Shown here: positions 1-11,809 of the stretch, in pieces | How the letters are laid out: every line of letters starts with the position of its first letter | How positions within the stretch are numbered: position 1 is the stretch's first letter | Assembly (NCBI GenBank): GCA_024626585.2 | Contig: JANKJI020000004.1 | Span: forward strand, 15,764,909 to 15,783,971 | Length of the DNA: 19,063 nucleotides | Direction of reading: 5' to 3' | From: Ginkgo biloba | Taxonomy: Eukaryota > Plantae > Ginkgophyta | Notes under the pieces: generated by a model | What the model saw: only the letters and a program-made list of their open reading frames with translations | Told to the model about the DNA's origin: nothing | Databases searched by the model: none | Translations under genes and position numbers: made by a program

Positions 1-2150
1 ACTTAAATAATTTTAATGTAAGAATCCAAATATCATAGGAAATGCTTGACTAAATGCAAGAGGAGATAAAGGAATGATAAAGGGACATAAAGATGACATA
101 ATAAAATGATAAATTAAATGCATAATAACATATATTCTCAAGGTAATTTGATTTTAAAGACATGTTATATCTGGTAGTTAAGCCTAATAGTTCCTTTTCT
201 ATATGAAGGTATGAAAATATCTCACCAATGTACTATGGAACATTCTAATTGTTAAAAAATAAAACTAAAGTATTATGAAAAAATATACTTATAATGAGGA
301 CCAAAATTCCCAAAAAATAACACCTCCTTCAAAATGAATATTTCCCATATGCAACTTCTTAGCTATCTAGACAATATTAATCTCATATTCCATTTGTTGC
401 TCAAACCATTGGGAGAAAACACATGGATCAAGTGGTGGAATGAATTTATAGACAATGTCACCTCCTATCTTTAAGGTTATGACTAAAAAATTGCATCTGC
501 TTGGTGAAAGGTGAGAAAGGAGGTTAGCAAGGAGATTTATTAGGCTAAGAAAAAAATAGAAGAGTATCCATTTAATAAAGCTCTACAATCCAAGGCAACT
601 AAACTCACTCATGTTTCTAAAATCAATGAGAATAAAAAATCCAAGGGATCTAAAATATGGGCAAGACTACACTCTCTTACTTTTGGAGATATATCCTCCA
701 TGAAATTATTTTAAGTTCTTAGGAAAAATTAAATGTGAGATAAAATTGAGGCCATTAAGGAAGGAAACACTAGGATCAAGTCTACCTAAGGAATTTCTCA
801 ATAATTCTATAAGCACTATGAGTAATTATTTCATTCTTAGGGTCAATGCCCCAATAATTTAGTAGTCATAAAATAATTCCAAAATATTTATACATACCAA
901 TTTTAATCTAATCCAAGCCAAACTTTTCTATACCTGAATCAATTTAAGATAACTTTAAGGAGTGCTATAGGATATGGAAAATGAATATTCCACCAAATTA
1001 GATGGCTTCCCATATAATTTTAANNNNNNNNNNNNNNNNNNNNNNNNNNNNNNNNNNNNNNNNNNNNNNNNNNNNNNNNNNNNNNTTGTTTCCTTTGGAC
1101 CTATGTTAAATTAAGGTGTCATCAAGTTAATCCTCAATATAGGATACCCTAAATTGATTACTAGTTGGAGGTGAATCATCTTGCTCAATATTTCATATAA
1201 AATCCTTACCAAGGATTTAACCCAAAGACTTAAGTATGTCCTCCCTCTAGTCATTATTCTTGAGAAATATTTATTCATATAAAGAATTTACATCCTCAAC
1301 AATCTTATTAGTGTTCAGGAAGGAATATAATGATCCAATAAAGTAGGGAAAAGTAACCTATTCTTATAAATTTATTTTGAGAAGGCATATGACATAATTT
1401 AATAGGACTTCATCATTATTATGGTCTCATCATTGGGATTCGAATAATATTTCCTTAGGATGAACAGTATGTTATTTTTTGATCCCTTTGTCAAAGTCTT
1501 AGTTAATGGTGTAAAATCCCCACCATTTGGGATCTTTAGGTCCATAAGGAAAATATGTACCCTAGCTTCAACCCCTTTATTTCCTCGAAAAATTTACATT
1601 TGGATATCTGATAAAGAATAAGGTTTCTTAGAGTGATATATGAGGAATATTTATGCATCCCTTGGGAGAGAAGAATATGATTAATGGCTACTTCATGGAT
1701 GACTCCTTTCTCACAATCCATGTTGCATAAATAAACATATAAGAGGATATAGGATATATTGATATATTTTACAAGATCTTGGTCTCAATAATCCAATGGA
1801 AAAGTATATCAAATTATTATCTTGACACTAACAAAATCCTTAACTAGATTTAATGATTCTAATAGAAGTGGATCCAAATAGAAGAGGTATTCAAATTCCT
1901 TGGTATCCCATTTGGTTTTCAAGATTGTTTGGTAGATATGTGGTAGTTTTTTCTTGAAAAACTAAAGAATCATTTAGAATATTGGACCACCAAGCCTATG
2001 AGTTTTCTATCTAGATTCCAAATAGGTATTAAGGTAATTATATAAACCCATATTTATTACTTAGCCTATTTGGCCCCATCTAAAGTGTCTCATGATAAGA
2101 TAATCCAAATGATTAGAGTATTACTATTGTCCTATTCTCAAAATAAGAAA
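1..2150 (+). mobile_element. Degenerate LINE (L1-clade non-LTR retrotransposon) ORF2: linker + reverse transcriptase, many stops/frameshifts
   Basis: Manual translation gives collinear L1 ORF2 motifs: KGSKIWARLHSLTFGD (643-690; cf. GxxIRSRxxWxxxGD), MENEYSTKLDGFP (974-1012; cf. KSPGPDGF), WR*IILLNISYKILTK (from 1166; cf. WRPISLLNxxYKI), FEKAYD (1376-1393), NGVKSPPFGIFRSIRKICTLA (~1506-1570; cf. RSIRQGCPLAP), FMDD (1692-1703; catalytic F/YADD), FKFLGIP (1890-1910; cf. YLGIP) and the post-RT W..K.LS..R segment. The first ~400 bp are assigned by position only (expected end of the endonuclease domain). Confidence 0.92.
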
Positions 2151-2250
2151 NNNNNNNNNNNNNNNNNNNNNNNNNNNNNNNNNNNNNNNNNNNNNNNNNN
2201 NNNNNNNNNNNNNNNNNNNNNNNNNNNNNNNNNNNNNNNNNNNNNNNNNN

Positions 2251-2881
2251 CTAACTGGTGTACAACATTAATTCCTACTCATATTATACAAGACATATCA
2301 TGCATTTAAATCACATTCATATATATAAAACAATATACACATAGTTGTGGACAATAATCCAATCCTTATATTGATGATTAAAGAGTGTAAAAGACATAAG
2401 TTAGATACATCCATTACATACTAATATCATCCTCAATTTCTCGTCCTTTATCCTATCCTATGCTTGATATTTATACATAGTGNNNNNNNNNNNNNNNNNN
2501 NNNNNNNNNNNNNNAGTTACAATTTATAGAAAAATTAAGATACTCATGTTAGACTTGCTTATCAACATTGATGAATAACTTTGGCTAATGTTAGCGAGCT
2601 GATGTTAGGCTTCCTTATTGGTGTTAGTGAGGTCTACCTTGACCTTCGTCAGTGGACTGACTCATGTTAGTGTAGACTCATTAGCCTCTTTCATTCATAA
2701 AATATCTCTATCAATGTACTTGAGAAGTCCCTTTCCTTGTTAGTGTCAGTACAGATGAGGGTGACAGACTCATGTTAGTGTCAACCAAACTCTCCCTGAT
2801 GATTTTCTGCTAACCCACTCTTATCAATGTTGGTATGGATCATTTTCAACATGCATTAATTTTATTTTCTAACACTCCCCC
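2251..2881 (-). mobile_element. LTR retrotransposon polypurine tract plus start of the 3' LTR (truncated by the spacer)
   Basis: Minus strand reads ...GGTATGGGGGAG|TGTTAGAAAAT: PPT 2875-2881 directly followed by TG at 2874. The downstream sequence is non-coding, with short internal repeats and a TATA-like TATATATA at ~2319-2328. The second LTR and the pol domains are not in the piece. Confidence 0.55.
2540..2785 (+). repeat. Dispersed degenerate short repeats, core (GA)CTCATGTTAG(TGT), inside the putative LTR
   Basis: ACTCATGTTAG at ~2542, ~2660 and ~2768 (the last two continue with TGT); variants CTAATGTTAG, CTGATGTTAG, GGTGTTAGTG and TGTTAGTGTC lie between them. Confidence 0.7.
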
Positions 2882-3604
2882 ATACCTAATTTTTTATCTC
2901 ATCTTGATACAATGTCAAAACATCAAAATTTGATGTGAATCCTTCATGGTGATGGCTTCTTGACAACATTCGAAAGGGCCATTGATAGTTCCATTTATAG
3001 ATGAGACCATACCTTGGTGATATGTACAATAGATTGTAGATGCATTTATATGATATTAGTGATGACAGATCCATCTGGCTCAGGTTTGACAACCTCCTTC
3101 TAAATTTAACAAATGTTATTGTTGTAAATCTTTCTCTAGACTATCACATACTATTCAAAAGACTCGACTTTCTCCTAATAAGGATGGAAAAGTCCAATAG
3201 TCTTATGGATTTCTCCCTAGGTCTAAATGTATGCCTATTAAGCCTTCTAGTATTGAGGCATAATAATAATTGAATCCTTTGTAGCCTCCATTTGAGCACT
3301 ATTTTATTCGATGATTGTTCTTGCCTTCTTTATCTCCTTGAGTGCATCTTGTACCAACTATGGCTACCGATGAAAGTACTGTCTAGAGAATGTATCCTCC
3401 TTGACCATTACCTCTACTATCTCTATGTATGAGGAGTAGGTTTCCAATGATTCTTATGATTTCTTTCTAACTTGGTCAACCTTATATTATAATTCTTGAA
3501 CTTGNNNNNNNNNNNNNNNNNNNNNNNNNNNNNNNNNNNNNNNNNNNNNNNNNNNNNNNNNNNNNNNNNNNNNNNNNNNNNNNNNNNNNNNNNNNNNNNN
3601 NNNN

Positions 3605-4620
3605 TTGAGGAAGTCACCTTAATCATATGAAGAAGGTATTCCAAAGGTCAAGGGAATGAGGCATATTGTTGAACCCCAAAATATCAACCTTTAGTGTCAC
3701 ATAAGGAAAAATATTGGGTTATGTAGGTTCCAAGGGTAGGACCTACATTGATCTAAATAGACTCAATCTTATAAGAGAACTCCCTGGCCTTAAATCAAAG
3801 AAGGTGGTGCATTATTATTATTTTTAAATAAACTTCTTGAGGAGGTTCATTCATGGTTTTTCTTGCATTACATTTCCTATCAAAACAATACTAAGGAAAG
3901 GCGTTAATTTGTATGGGAGAAGGAGGCCAAGAGTCTTTCAAATAGATCAAAGACTAGATTTGTAAGGGTCTAGTTCTAGTAAGCCCCAATTTCAATAAGG
4001 ATTTTATAATCTACTCCTATTCCTCTAATGACGCCTATGTGGCCATGATAATGTAAAAGGATGAGTAATATCATAAAAGGCCAATTATTTTTCTTAGCCT
4101 TTCTTTGAAATATTATCAACTCAAGTCCATAAAAATTAACAAGAAATCATTTTCATTANNNNNNNNNNNNNNNNNNNNNNNNNNNNNNNNNNNATTACAT
4201 CATTCATAATCATATTGTGGCATATATACCTTTATCACCTATGAGAACCATGTTGAATTAGGATGAACCATTAGGCAAGTGGGTTAGGTGGCTAGACAAA
4301 ATTTATGAATTTGTCATATATTTCAATCCTATCAAGATTGTAAAGGGGAAGGATTATGAAAAATAATTGCCAAATCCTAAATAGAAGACCTAAATCAACT
4401 AGTAGAGGAGAATAAAGTAAAGAGTTAGTCAACCTAATCATGTTAAATCAAGACAATATTGAATAAGATCCTTTTTTAGAGGATATAATATACTACTTAA
4501 CCCATGGGGTCTAACTAGAATTCCTAAATAAAAAGGTTAATAGGTCCCTAAAGTTAAGGGTAGTCCCCTATGTCCTATTAGAGGAAAATATTTATTGTAG
4601 ATGCCTCAATATAAAATAAT
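3605..4620 (+). mobile_element. Degenerate Ty3/Gypsy (Tat-type, non-chromovirus) pol: RT C-terminus, RNase H, linker toward integrase
   Basis: Translation: HLNHMKKVFQRSRE*GILLNPKISTFSVT*GKILGY..., INFLRRFIHGF (from 3828), VLVSPNFNKDFIIYSYSS (~3973-4026), RPIIFLS, YIIHNHIVAYIP, GKWVRWLDKIYEF...PIKIVKGK (to ~4350), DPFLEDIIYYL...RSLKLRVVPYVL (from 4467). These match Tat-type consensus blocks LNPKKSxFxVxEGKLLG, INFxRRFI, LVSPDFxKDF, GRWIAKIQEF and KLVKGQ. Confidence 0.92.
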
Positions 4621-5782
4621 ATGTTGACTCCCTTAAGGATTTCAACGATGCTATGTNNNNNNNNNNNNNNNNNNNNNNNNNNNNNNNNNNNNNNNNNNNN
4701 NNNNNNNNNNNNNNNNNNNNNNNNNNNNNNNNNNNNNNNNNNNNNNNNNNNNNNNNNNNNNNNNNNNNNNNNNNNNNNNNNNNNNNNNNNNNNNNNNNNN
4801 NNNNNNNNNNNNNNNNNNNNNNNNNNNNNNNNNNNNNNNNNNNNNNNNNNNNNNNNNNNNNNNNNNNNNNNNNNNNNNNNNNNNNNNNNNNNNNNNNNNN
4901 NNNNNNNNNNNNNNNNNNNNNNNNNNNNNNNNNNNNNNNNNNNNNNNNNNNNNNNNNNNNNNNNNNNNNNNNNNNNNNNNNNNNNNNNNNNNNNNNNNNN
5001 NNNNNNNNNNNNNNNNNNNNNNNNNNNNNNNNNNNNNNNNNNNNNNNNNNNNNNNNNNNNNNNNNNNNNNNNNNNNNNNNNNNNNNNNNNNNNNNNNNNN
5101 NNNNNNNNNNNNNNNNNNNNNNNNNNTACAACCTTATAAATTAGGGAGTTATTAATCCATTAATGATTAAATGAGATATATTTAGGATAATGATATATAT
5201 GAATGCATAGGACTCCTTATCATAATAAAAAATAACTACCTCTAATATTACAATGTCTAGCCTTAAATCAAGTGACCAAATATTGATGGCACACTCTAAT
5301 AAGCATTGAGCTATGTCAGAGGTCCTTCTACTTCTTAAACGGGATTTCAAATGGCCAGTGTCTCAACACCCTATTAACCTCCTTTATCAATCATAATTCT
5401 AATGGCGACACCCATGCTTATAAGTTGATCTCTTCCCTTACCCTTCAACCAAAATTTTGATGACATTTTCATTATAAATATTTCCCTTCAATTGATATTT
5501 TCAAAAAATAAATGGATGTCAACATATATGACCACCATGTGGTTGTTTCTAAAGGGTGTTTATCTATTTAATATTTTGACCTTACACTTTGAATTCCTCC
5601 TATATTTCACTATTGCAAAAAACTACGTATTTTTTTCTTATATGAAGATTGCAAAGGAACAAAAAAGGTTGAATACTAACAACCATCTCATATGATTGCC
5701 AATAGAGTTGCATAAAAACTCACTGAGGGTATCTAACATTTAATTGTGATATAACAAAGTTAGAGCATCAACTCCACACCCA

Positions 5783-5828
5783 TCTTTCTATCTATATATC
5801 CATCTATCTATTTGTATATATGTATGTA
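5783..5828. repeat. Degenerate compound microsatellite (TCTA)n/(TA)n/(TATG)n
   Basis: tctttctatctatatatccatctatctatttgtatatatgtatgta. Confidence 0.6.
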
Positions 5829-8139
5829 AGTATTGTTAACCCCTTGAAAGGGAACCCCTATGTTTTTGTCTTTTTATTTTTTTTTGTGTGAAATTCCTAT
5901 TGAGGGGACAATTATTTATCGACAAGTATGTTGTAAATGGTGGCTAGTGGTTACCGAACATAAAGAACAAACAAAAGAAAAGTCATCAAGAATCATGTAA
6001 TACTAAAATATCATCGTTAAAAATGTTGTTGATACTTTAAAATAATATACATGAGTGTCACTCAATGTTGATAAAAATATTGCAAATAATATAAGGGCAT
6101 ATTTTTGGTCCAAGATGATCTCCTAGTCCCTACATGCATATAATGATACTTTTGGTTAGTAAGTGAGCAAGACAAGTCAGGGGATATTTTAGGCCCTCTA
6201 ATATTTTTGTCCTTTTCCAAACAAGGATAAATGATTGAACAAAGGGATGGGAGATATATATCTATCCAAGTTTGGGTTTTATAAGTTTGGGAATCTCCAA
6301 TGCATTCACCCTAATGCTCGTTCGTCAAAGCTCGAGGTGATGGAATTGAAAATTTTATAAGATATGTTGGAATAATTCTAATTGGAGTTAGTAAGTTAAG
6401 TTACCTTTAGTTAGAAANNNNNNNNNNNNNNNNNNNNNNNNNNNNNNNNNNNNNNNNNNNNNNNNNNNNNNNNNNNNNNNNNNNNNNNNNNNNNNNNNNN
6501 NNNNNNNNNNNNNNNNNTCTTGACTATAATACCCATTAGTAAGGTCAAATTGGTTACCTAGTTATCACCATATCAACCTCATCAATGGAGACTTTTGTCT
6601 TTATCTTCTTTCACCATCTTGCCAATTGGAGTTTAGGATGATTCGCTAGTAGACATTACATCAACTCTAGTAGTCAATGGTACCAAAGTTGACTCCCACT
6701 CATTATTTGTTCTCTATCTCACACTATAAATCGTAATATCAAAGTTGGACTAACTGGTTAGTCATTGTTTTATCACCCTTTTTAGTAGTAGTTGTAGTCA
6801 TCTTCATCATTTCCTCCCCTCCTATCATTTTTAATCCCATCTCTTTTCCTTTTTTTGGTGTGAATAGATTATTCCAAAAAACTACCGTCGTACTCACTAG
6901 TCATATGTTCATTCACTACAACTAATTATAGTTTAAATTATAAGAATTCATTATTATTTGTAGATAAGGGAACTACTTCTATAAGACGAAGAGAAAAATC
7001 TCCTTACTATTACAGCAAATTAGTACCATTCTTTATGTTGTAGACTGAAGTCTTATCCAGAATAGGTACCTACCCACATGTCAACACATCCCACTATAAT
7101 AACACAAGAAAGGAAAATATTTTTATTTTTAAATGAAGGTGGCCACCATAGAGACATTATTTCATGAAGAAGATGAGGGATGAGAGACATTCAAATTTCA
7201 ATAACAAAGGGAGAAGAGAAGTGTAATAGACATATTGAGTATCTAGTAGAAAAAGATAAGGGAAGAGATGTGAGAGGCCAGTGAAAGAGTGTTGTGGTTG
7301 GTTAATGGGATATAAATAGAGAGGGATTCATTGCTAGAAGAAACCAAGGTTTATAGAACATCTATAACAAAGATAATTAAAAATTGTCCTATAAAATCTA
7401 TAGAGTTGGGAGAACCCTTTGATGCTAATTTGGTAGTATAATTGATAGCATGAGAGATGAATAACCTACTTCAAAATAATTTGAATATAGTAGGAGTAAA
7501 TAACTAGATCTAGATTAGGTCAATGGGGATTCTAATTAGTGTAGCCAATAAATTAATTTTATTATTGTTAAAGAAACCCAAACTATTGGAAATTTCACTA
7601 GAGGAAGTGCATTTAATTATTGGACTACTAAAGATAGGTGGAGAGGTGGAGGAGACTAAAGGAATGAAAGTGTTAGCCAAGTTCTAGAGTCTTCTTTGAG
7701 ATAGCCAAAAACATAATAGAAAGGTCCATTATGAGGATTTTGAGNNNNNNNNNNNNNNNNNNNNNNNNNNNNNNNNNNNNNNNNNNNNNNNNNNNNNNNN
7801 NNNNNNNNNNNNNNNNNNNNNNNNNNNNNNNNNNNNNNNNNNNNTTGAGGATCTTATTATGAGAATTATAACTTGAGATTTAAAATATCAACTATTATTA
7901 TAATTGAAGATAGATGCATTTACTCTTAGTCATGTTGAATTATTGTTGGCAATTTTTCACAAAGGCACTTGGCTCAACTAGTGCTAATACATAGACAAAG
8001 AACTTTCAATAGAATTAGAGGTAGAAATAAATCGTATGAGTTAATATCATTTCACCTTTAATGGTGCAATCTACTTAAAGGAGTTGGTATACTAGAAAAA
8101 TCCTAATCCAAAGTCTCATACTCCAAGACATTAATGATC

Positions 8140-8680
8140 AAATGGTCAGACAGATAGCTACAAGGACATGTAGATTTATTTAAGGATGAAGATTGGTTTT
8201 GGAATGTATTCACTATGCTCTACCAATGGAGATAGATATCGCCTAGTTTAGGACTAAGTGATATTAGACCAAATGGTGAGAGGCTCTATCTAGTCATCGC
8301 TAACCCATCTCTAGGAACCTATGGTACTATAGGGAAAAGGTGAAAAAATAGATCAGGTATGGACACTCATTCTGTATGAAAGAAGAAGTAGAAGATAACT
8401 AATATGACTATTATGGAAGGAAAATGATCCTTCATCAAATAATTAGGTGATTTACTCATTATTGAAGGATAAAGAGAAGTTTTCTAAAAATGTTTCAAAA
8501 ATATTTCATGATGATTAGATTTCTTTATAAAAATACTAGACCTAATTGGTCAATAGAACTATCTCACCTAATATCAAAGGAAATAGGAATGATCATGATA
8601 TTTTTATTTGATAAGTGGATGAGCTCTAGGAGAGGGTTATGGTTGTAATATATGGAAACCTTATGGAGGACATATAATAC
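8140..8680 (+). mobile_element. Possible highly degenerate LINE ORF1 (DUF4283-like region + CCHC zinc-knuckle remnant)
   Basis: Collinear but weak blocks across frameshifts: W...LQGHVDLF (from 8143), RLYL, VW (8357-8362), LGDLLIIE (from 8443; cf. IGxLLxID), LDFFIKILDLI (cf. xDLxKxLPDxI), YGCN-[fs]-YGNLMED (8638-8671; cf. CxxCxxYGHxxxxC). The order fits plant L1 ORF1, but identity is low. Confidence 0.35.
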
Positions 8681-9203
8681 CTCTTAGTTATAATTTATTT
8701 TGCTGAGCTACAAGGGGTTAAAAGGGAAGGATTGGAAGTAATCTCCATAAGGATCCTAGTAGTAATATGCTCTAACCTCACATGGGTGATAAAGAGATTC
8801 CTAGAGGATGAGTAAGATTTGGTTACTTAAGGCATAAAATATCCTTATAAACATAGGTTAGCACTAGTCANNNNNNNNNNNNNNNNNNNNNNNNNNNNNN
8901 NNNNNNNNNNNNNNNNNNNNNNNNNNNNNNNNNNNNNNNNNNNNNNNNNNNNNNNNNNNNNNNNNNNNNNAGGAATGCACTTCTTCCATCAACATAAGTG
9001 TGGTCTTCCTATCAATTCAAAAAGAGGATTCCCAAATAAAACATTAGTTCTTTTCAATGGCACCATGTAGCAAAGTCTTCTCGTGTGTTAAAAGCTATGG
9101 AGTTTTATATGATAGTGGATGCAATGTATATAATGACTTCAAAGTGTGTTAGGTTTGGTGTCAATTATATGCCCTAAGGATAAAATGATTATTCTGAGAA
9201 TGT

Positions 9204-9226
9204 GTATTCAACAAACTCCCCTATCC
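9204..9226 (-). mobile_element. Possible PPT/LTR boundary
   Basis: Minus strand GGATAGGGGAGTT|TGTTGAATAC resembles the AGGGGGAG(A/T)TTGTTG PPT-LTR junction of Copia-type elements. There is no supporting coding sequence in this piece. Confidence 0.3.
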
Positions 9227-10560
9227 TAAAATTACTATTTTTAATCACTTAATGTAGAAATTATTCCATGGAAGTAGAACTAATGCCTAAGTTTCCTAAA
9301 TTAGTAGCACAAGCTATTAACGCTTGAGCAAACATGTCATGATGGAATTGAATATCTACACAACATGGCATGTGCACGCACATTAGTCCATAACTAAACT
9401 AGCCACATGTTGAAGGGAGGTCTATTAGGAGAGACTTATTGAATAATATTTATTTGTTGTTGTTAGTATGATTTTAAAAAATCATATTTCAAATAAATAA
9501 GAAGTAATTATCCTAGGCTGAACATCACTTCAAAAGGCTAGGACTACTAAGCATAAATAATAAATAAATGAAACATAAATTAGGTACACATGCCATAAAG
9601 TATTTTATTTTCAATATAAATGAGTATTATAAAGCTAAATGCTTACTAATATAAATGCCATTAATAAAATAAACTTATATTAAGTAATGTATCTTTTGGT
9701 CTCCAAGGGTTAATCATCAATTAGGCCTTTCATTATATGTAAGAGACCTCCAACTAGAACCCTAATCATATCTAGAGTGTGCATTACTAATAAAAGTAGA
9801 GTCAAGTTTTTATTGTTGACTTATTAAAACACTTCTCTTTTCATGTGCCTCTCATTAATATAGATGAATAAAAATATATCCTTAATAAACCCAAGGGAAG
9901 ACTCCTAGTCCTCTAGAGTTAGGCCTATAGATGTCAAAGCTTTTGTGGATAATGGAGACCCATGCTTTGAGGATNNNNNNNNNNNNNNNNNNNNNNNNNN
10001 NNNNNNNNNNNNNNNNNNNNNNNNNNNNNNNNNNNNNNNNNNNNNNNNNNNNNNNNNNNNNNNNNNNNNNNNNNTGTATGATACAAAATTTGTAACAAGA
10101 AAAAAAAAAAAAATATACCTTTGTAATAAAAAATAAATAAACTTATCTTTAAGGGATCTCTTATGGTTCTTTAATTAAGAATATTCTTGGGATAGTTTAC
10201 CAACCTTCAACTTGAGCTCTTAAAAATAAATCTCATAAAATTGAACGGTATCAAAAGCTGACATATGATTAACATCTTGCTCGAATTCCTAAACTAAGAA
10301 ATTAGCCATAGTAACATTATTATTAGACTTTGGGGTCTTTGGTTTTACTTCCCTTACTCTAACATACTATTTTTTAGCATGAAAATCAAATGAGGTATAT
10401 AGTCTATTAAAGTCCAAGGATAAAGAAGAATGTGTTGGATTGAGATCTTTCTATTAATTCATCAATTCTATTAGCCACGAATGTACCATGGGATCTTCTC
10501 AAGCCTCTTTTATGGGGACTACTTCTAAGCCTTACTATTCTATGGAAGTGATTTCATTTC

Positions 10561-11365
10561 ATTAAGAAGAGGAGAAATTACATAATTCAAGATCAGTGAC
10601 ACATGGATCTTTTGATGACAAAGTCCTCAAATTTTTTCTCTTTGAAGACCATGATCTCTTAGTGAGGTGTGTGTCCTCCTTATGGTTGGACTTTCTCTTT
10701 TGTTATTTCTCTAGATCATCACCATCATCGTCTCCACTTGATCCATCTACCTTGATTTGATTTTTCATTGAGATCCCAGTATCTAGTTTAGTCTATTTAG
10801 AGGTAAAATATCTATTACTAACACTAACTGATTTTGGGGTTGAGCCTTCTTCTTAGTCATTGGTTCCCTGTGATGCAAAACCTCTAGAATTTACTTCATG
10901 AGATAATGGGTGCTTTAGTTTATTTAGGATGTTGTTATCCTATGAGGATGGGGGCTTATTAATACTCGAAGTTAGAGTAACACTCCCCTTCCTCTTATGC
11001 ACTACCCATTCATAATGAATAAGGTTCCTAAAATCATCCTCCAACTAAGACATATGGTAATGATTCATCTTGCAATTATGGTAAAAAATAGCTTCAGCAT
11101 TATAAATCCCATCTCAAACTTTGTTGAGTCAAAAATACCTTATTCTATTGGCATGTAGTTTTACTTACTCGATATTTAAAATAATAAATTCTAGAAATTT
11201 GAAGGGAAAAGAATGAAAATAATCTTTCTTCCATTTGAGGGATACTTTACAATATATTGAATGTATCTTCCTACATACTTCATACAATAGAATGCAATCA
11301 TCTACAAACTTGGGCAAGCAGTAAGGATTCCTTTCAAAACCATACAGGTGTACATAAGTATAGTA
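10561..11365 (-). pseudogene. Decayed ORF of unknown function, probably an LTR-retrotransposon accessory ORF
   Basis: One minus frame reads YYTYVHLYGFERNPYCLPKFVDDCILLYEVCRKI...KKDYFHSFPFKF...HYHMS*LEDDFRNL, then a Ser/Asp/Lys-rich tail (DGSSGDDDGDDLEK*QKRKS). About 270 codons with isolated stops and no frameshift needed. The TYxxLYGFExxPxxLPxxVxDxxxLxEVxR block resembles repeat-derived hypothetical proteins I recall from gymnosperms (unverified). The 5' end is cut by the spacer. Confidence 0.6.
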
Positions 11366-11809
11366 TTNNNNNNNNNNNNNNNNNNNNNNNNNNNNNNNNN
11401 NNNNNNNNNNNNNNNNNNNNNNNNNNNNNNNNNNNNNNNNNNNNNNNNNNNNNNNNNNNNNNNNNNNTATGAACCTAACACCCTACTTAACACCAAAAAA
11501 AAAAAAAAATAATGAGGGTCACCATTAACCTATGAACCCTTACCCTACACAAATCCACTACCACCTCCTTCTCCTTTGCTTCCTCTGGTGGACATCACTC
11601 CTCTCTTATTCCTTTTAAGCTCTTATTTGACATAAAATTATTGATTTATTTCCTAGTTCTTTTGACCTTTTGTAAATTTATAAATAATAGAGGGATCCAC
11701 CGCTTATAATAGTNNNNNNNNNNNNNNNNNNNNNNNNNNNNNNNNNNGTTATCCTCATCTTGGGCATTTTAATAAAATATTCATATTGCCTAAGGTACAA
11801 TAAAAATGA

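Noticed and set aside
4592-5144. Longest ORFs in the supplied track (163-179 aa)
   Set aside because: Almost entirely X: read-through of a 469-N gap. The same applies to the other ORFs spanning N runs.
5126-6417. Continuation of the Gypsy integrase after the 469-N gap
   Set aside because: No HHCC, DDE or GPY/F motif recoverable; appears to be unrelated non-coding or LTR-like DNA.
6518-7744. Possible LTR/PBS/gag start (TTTGGTAGTAT near 7430; purine-rich frame after 7449) and near-palindrome GACTAACTGGTTAGTC
   Set aside because: The PBS does not match TGGTATCAGAGC well and no gag motif is recoverable; probably TE-derived but unclassifiable.
7740-9974. TTGAG(GAT) recurring at piece ends (3605, 7740-7744, 7845, 9967-9974)
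   Set aside because: Only 5-8 bp, far shorter than an assembly k-mer overlap; consistent with chance.
10976-10996. Minus-strand AAGAGGAAGGGGAG-TGTTAC looking like a PPT/LTR junction
   Set aside because: Lies in frame (KRKGSVT) inside the decayed ORF, which continues with protein-like composition; ambiguous, probably coincidental.
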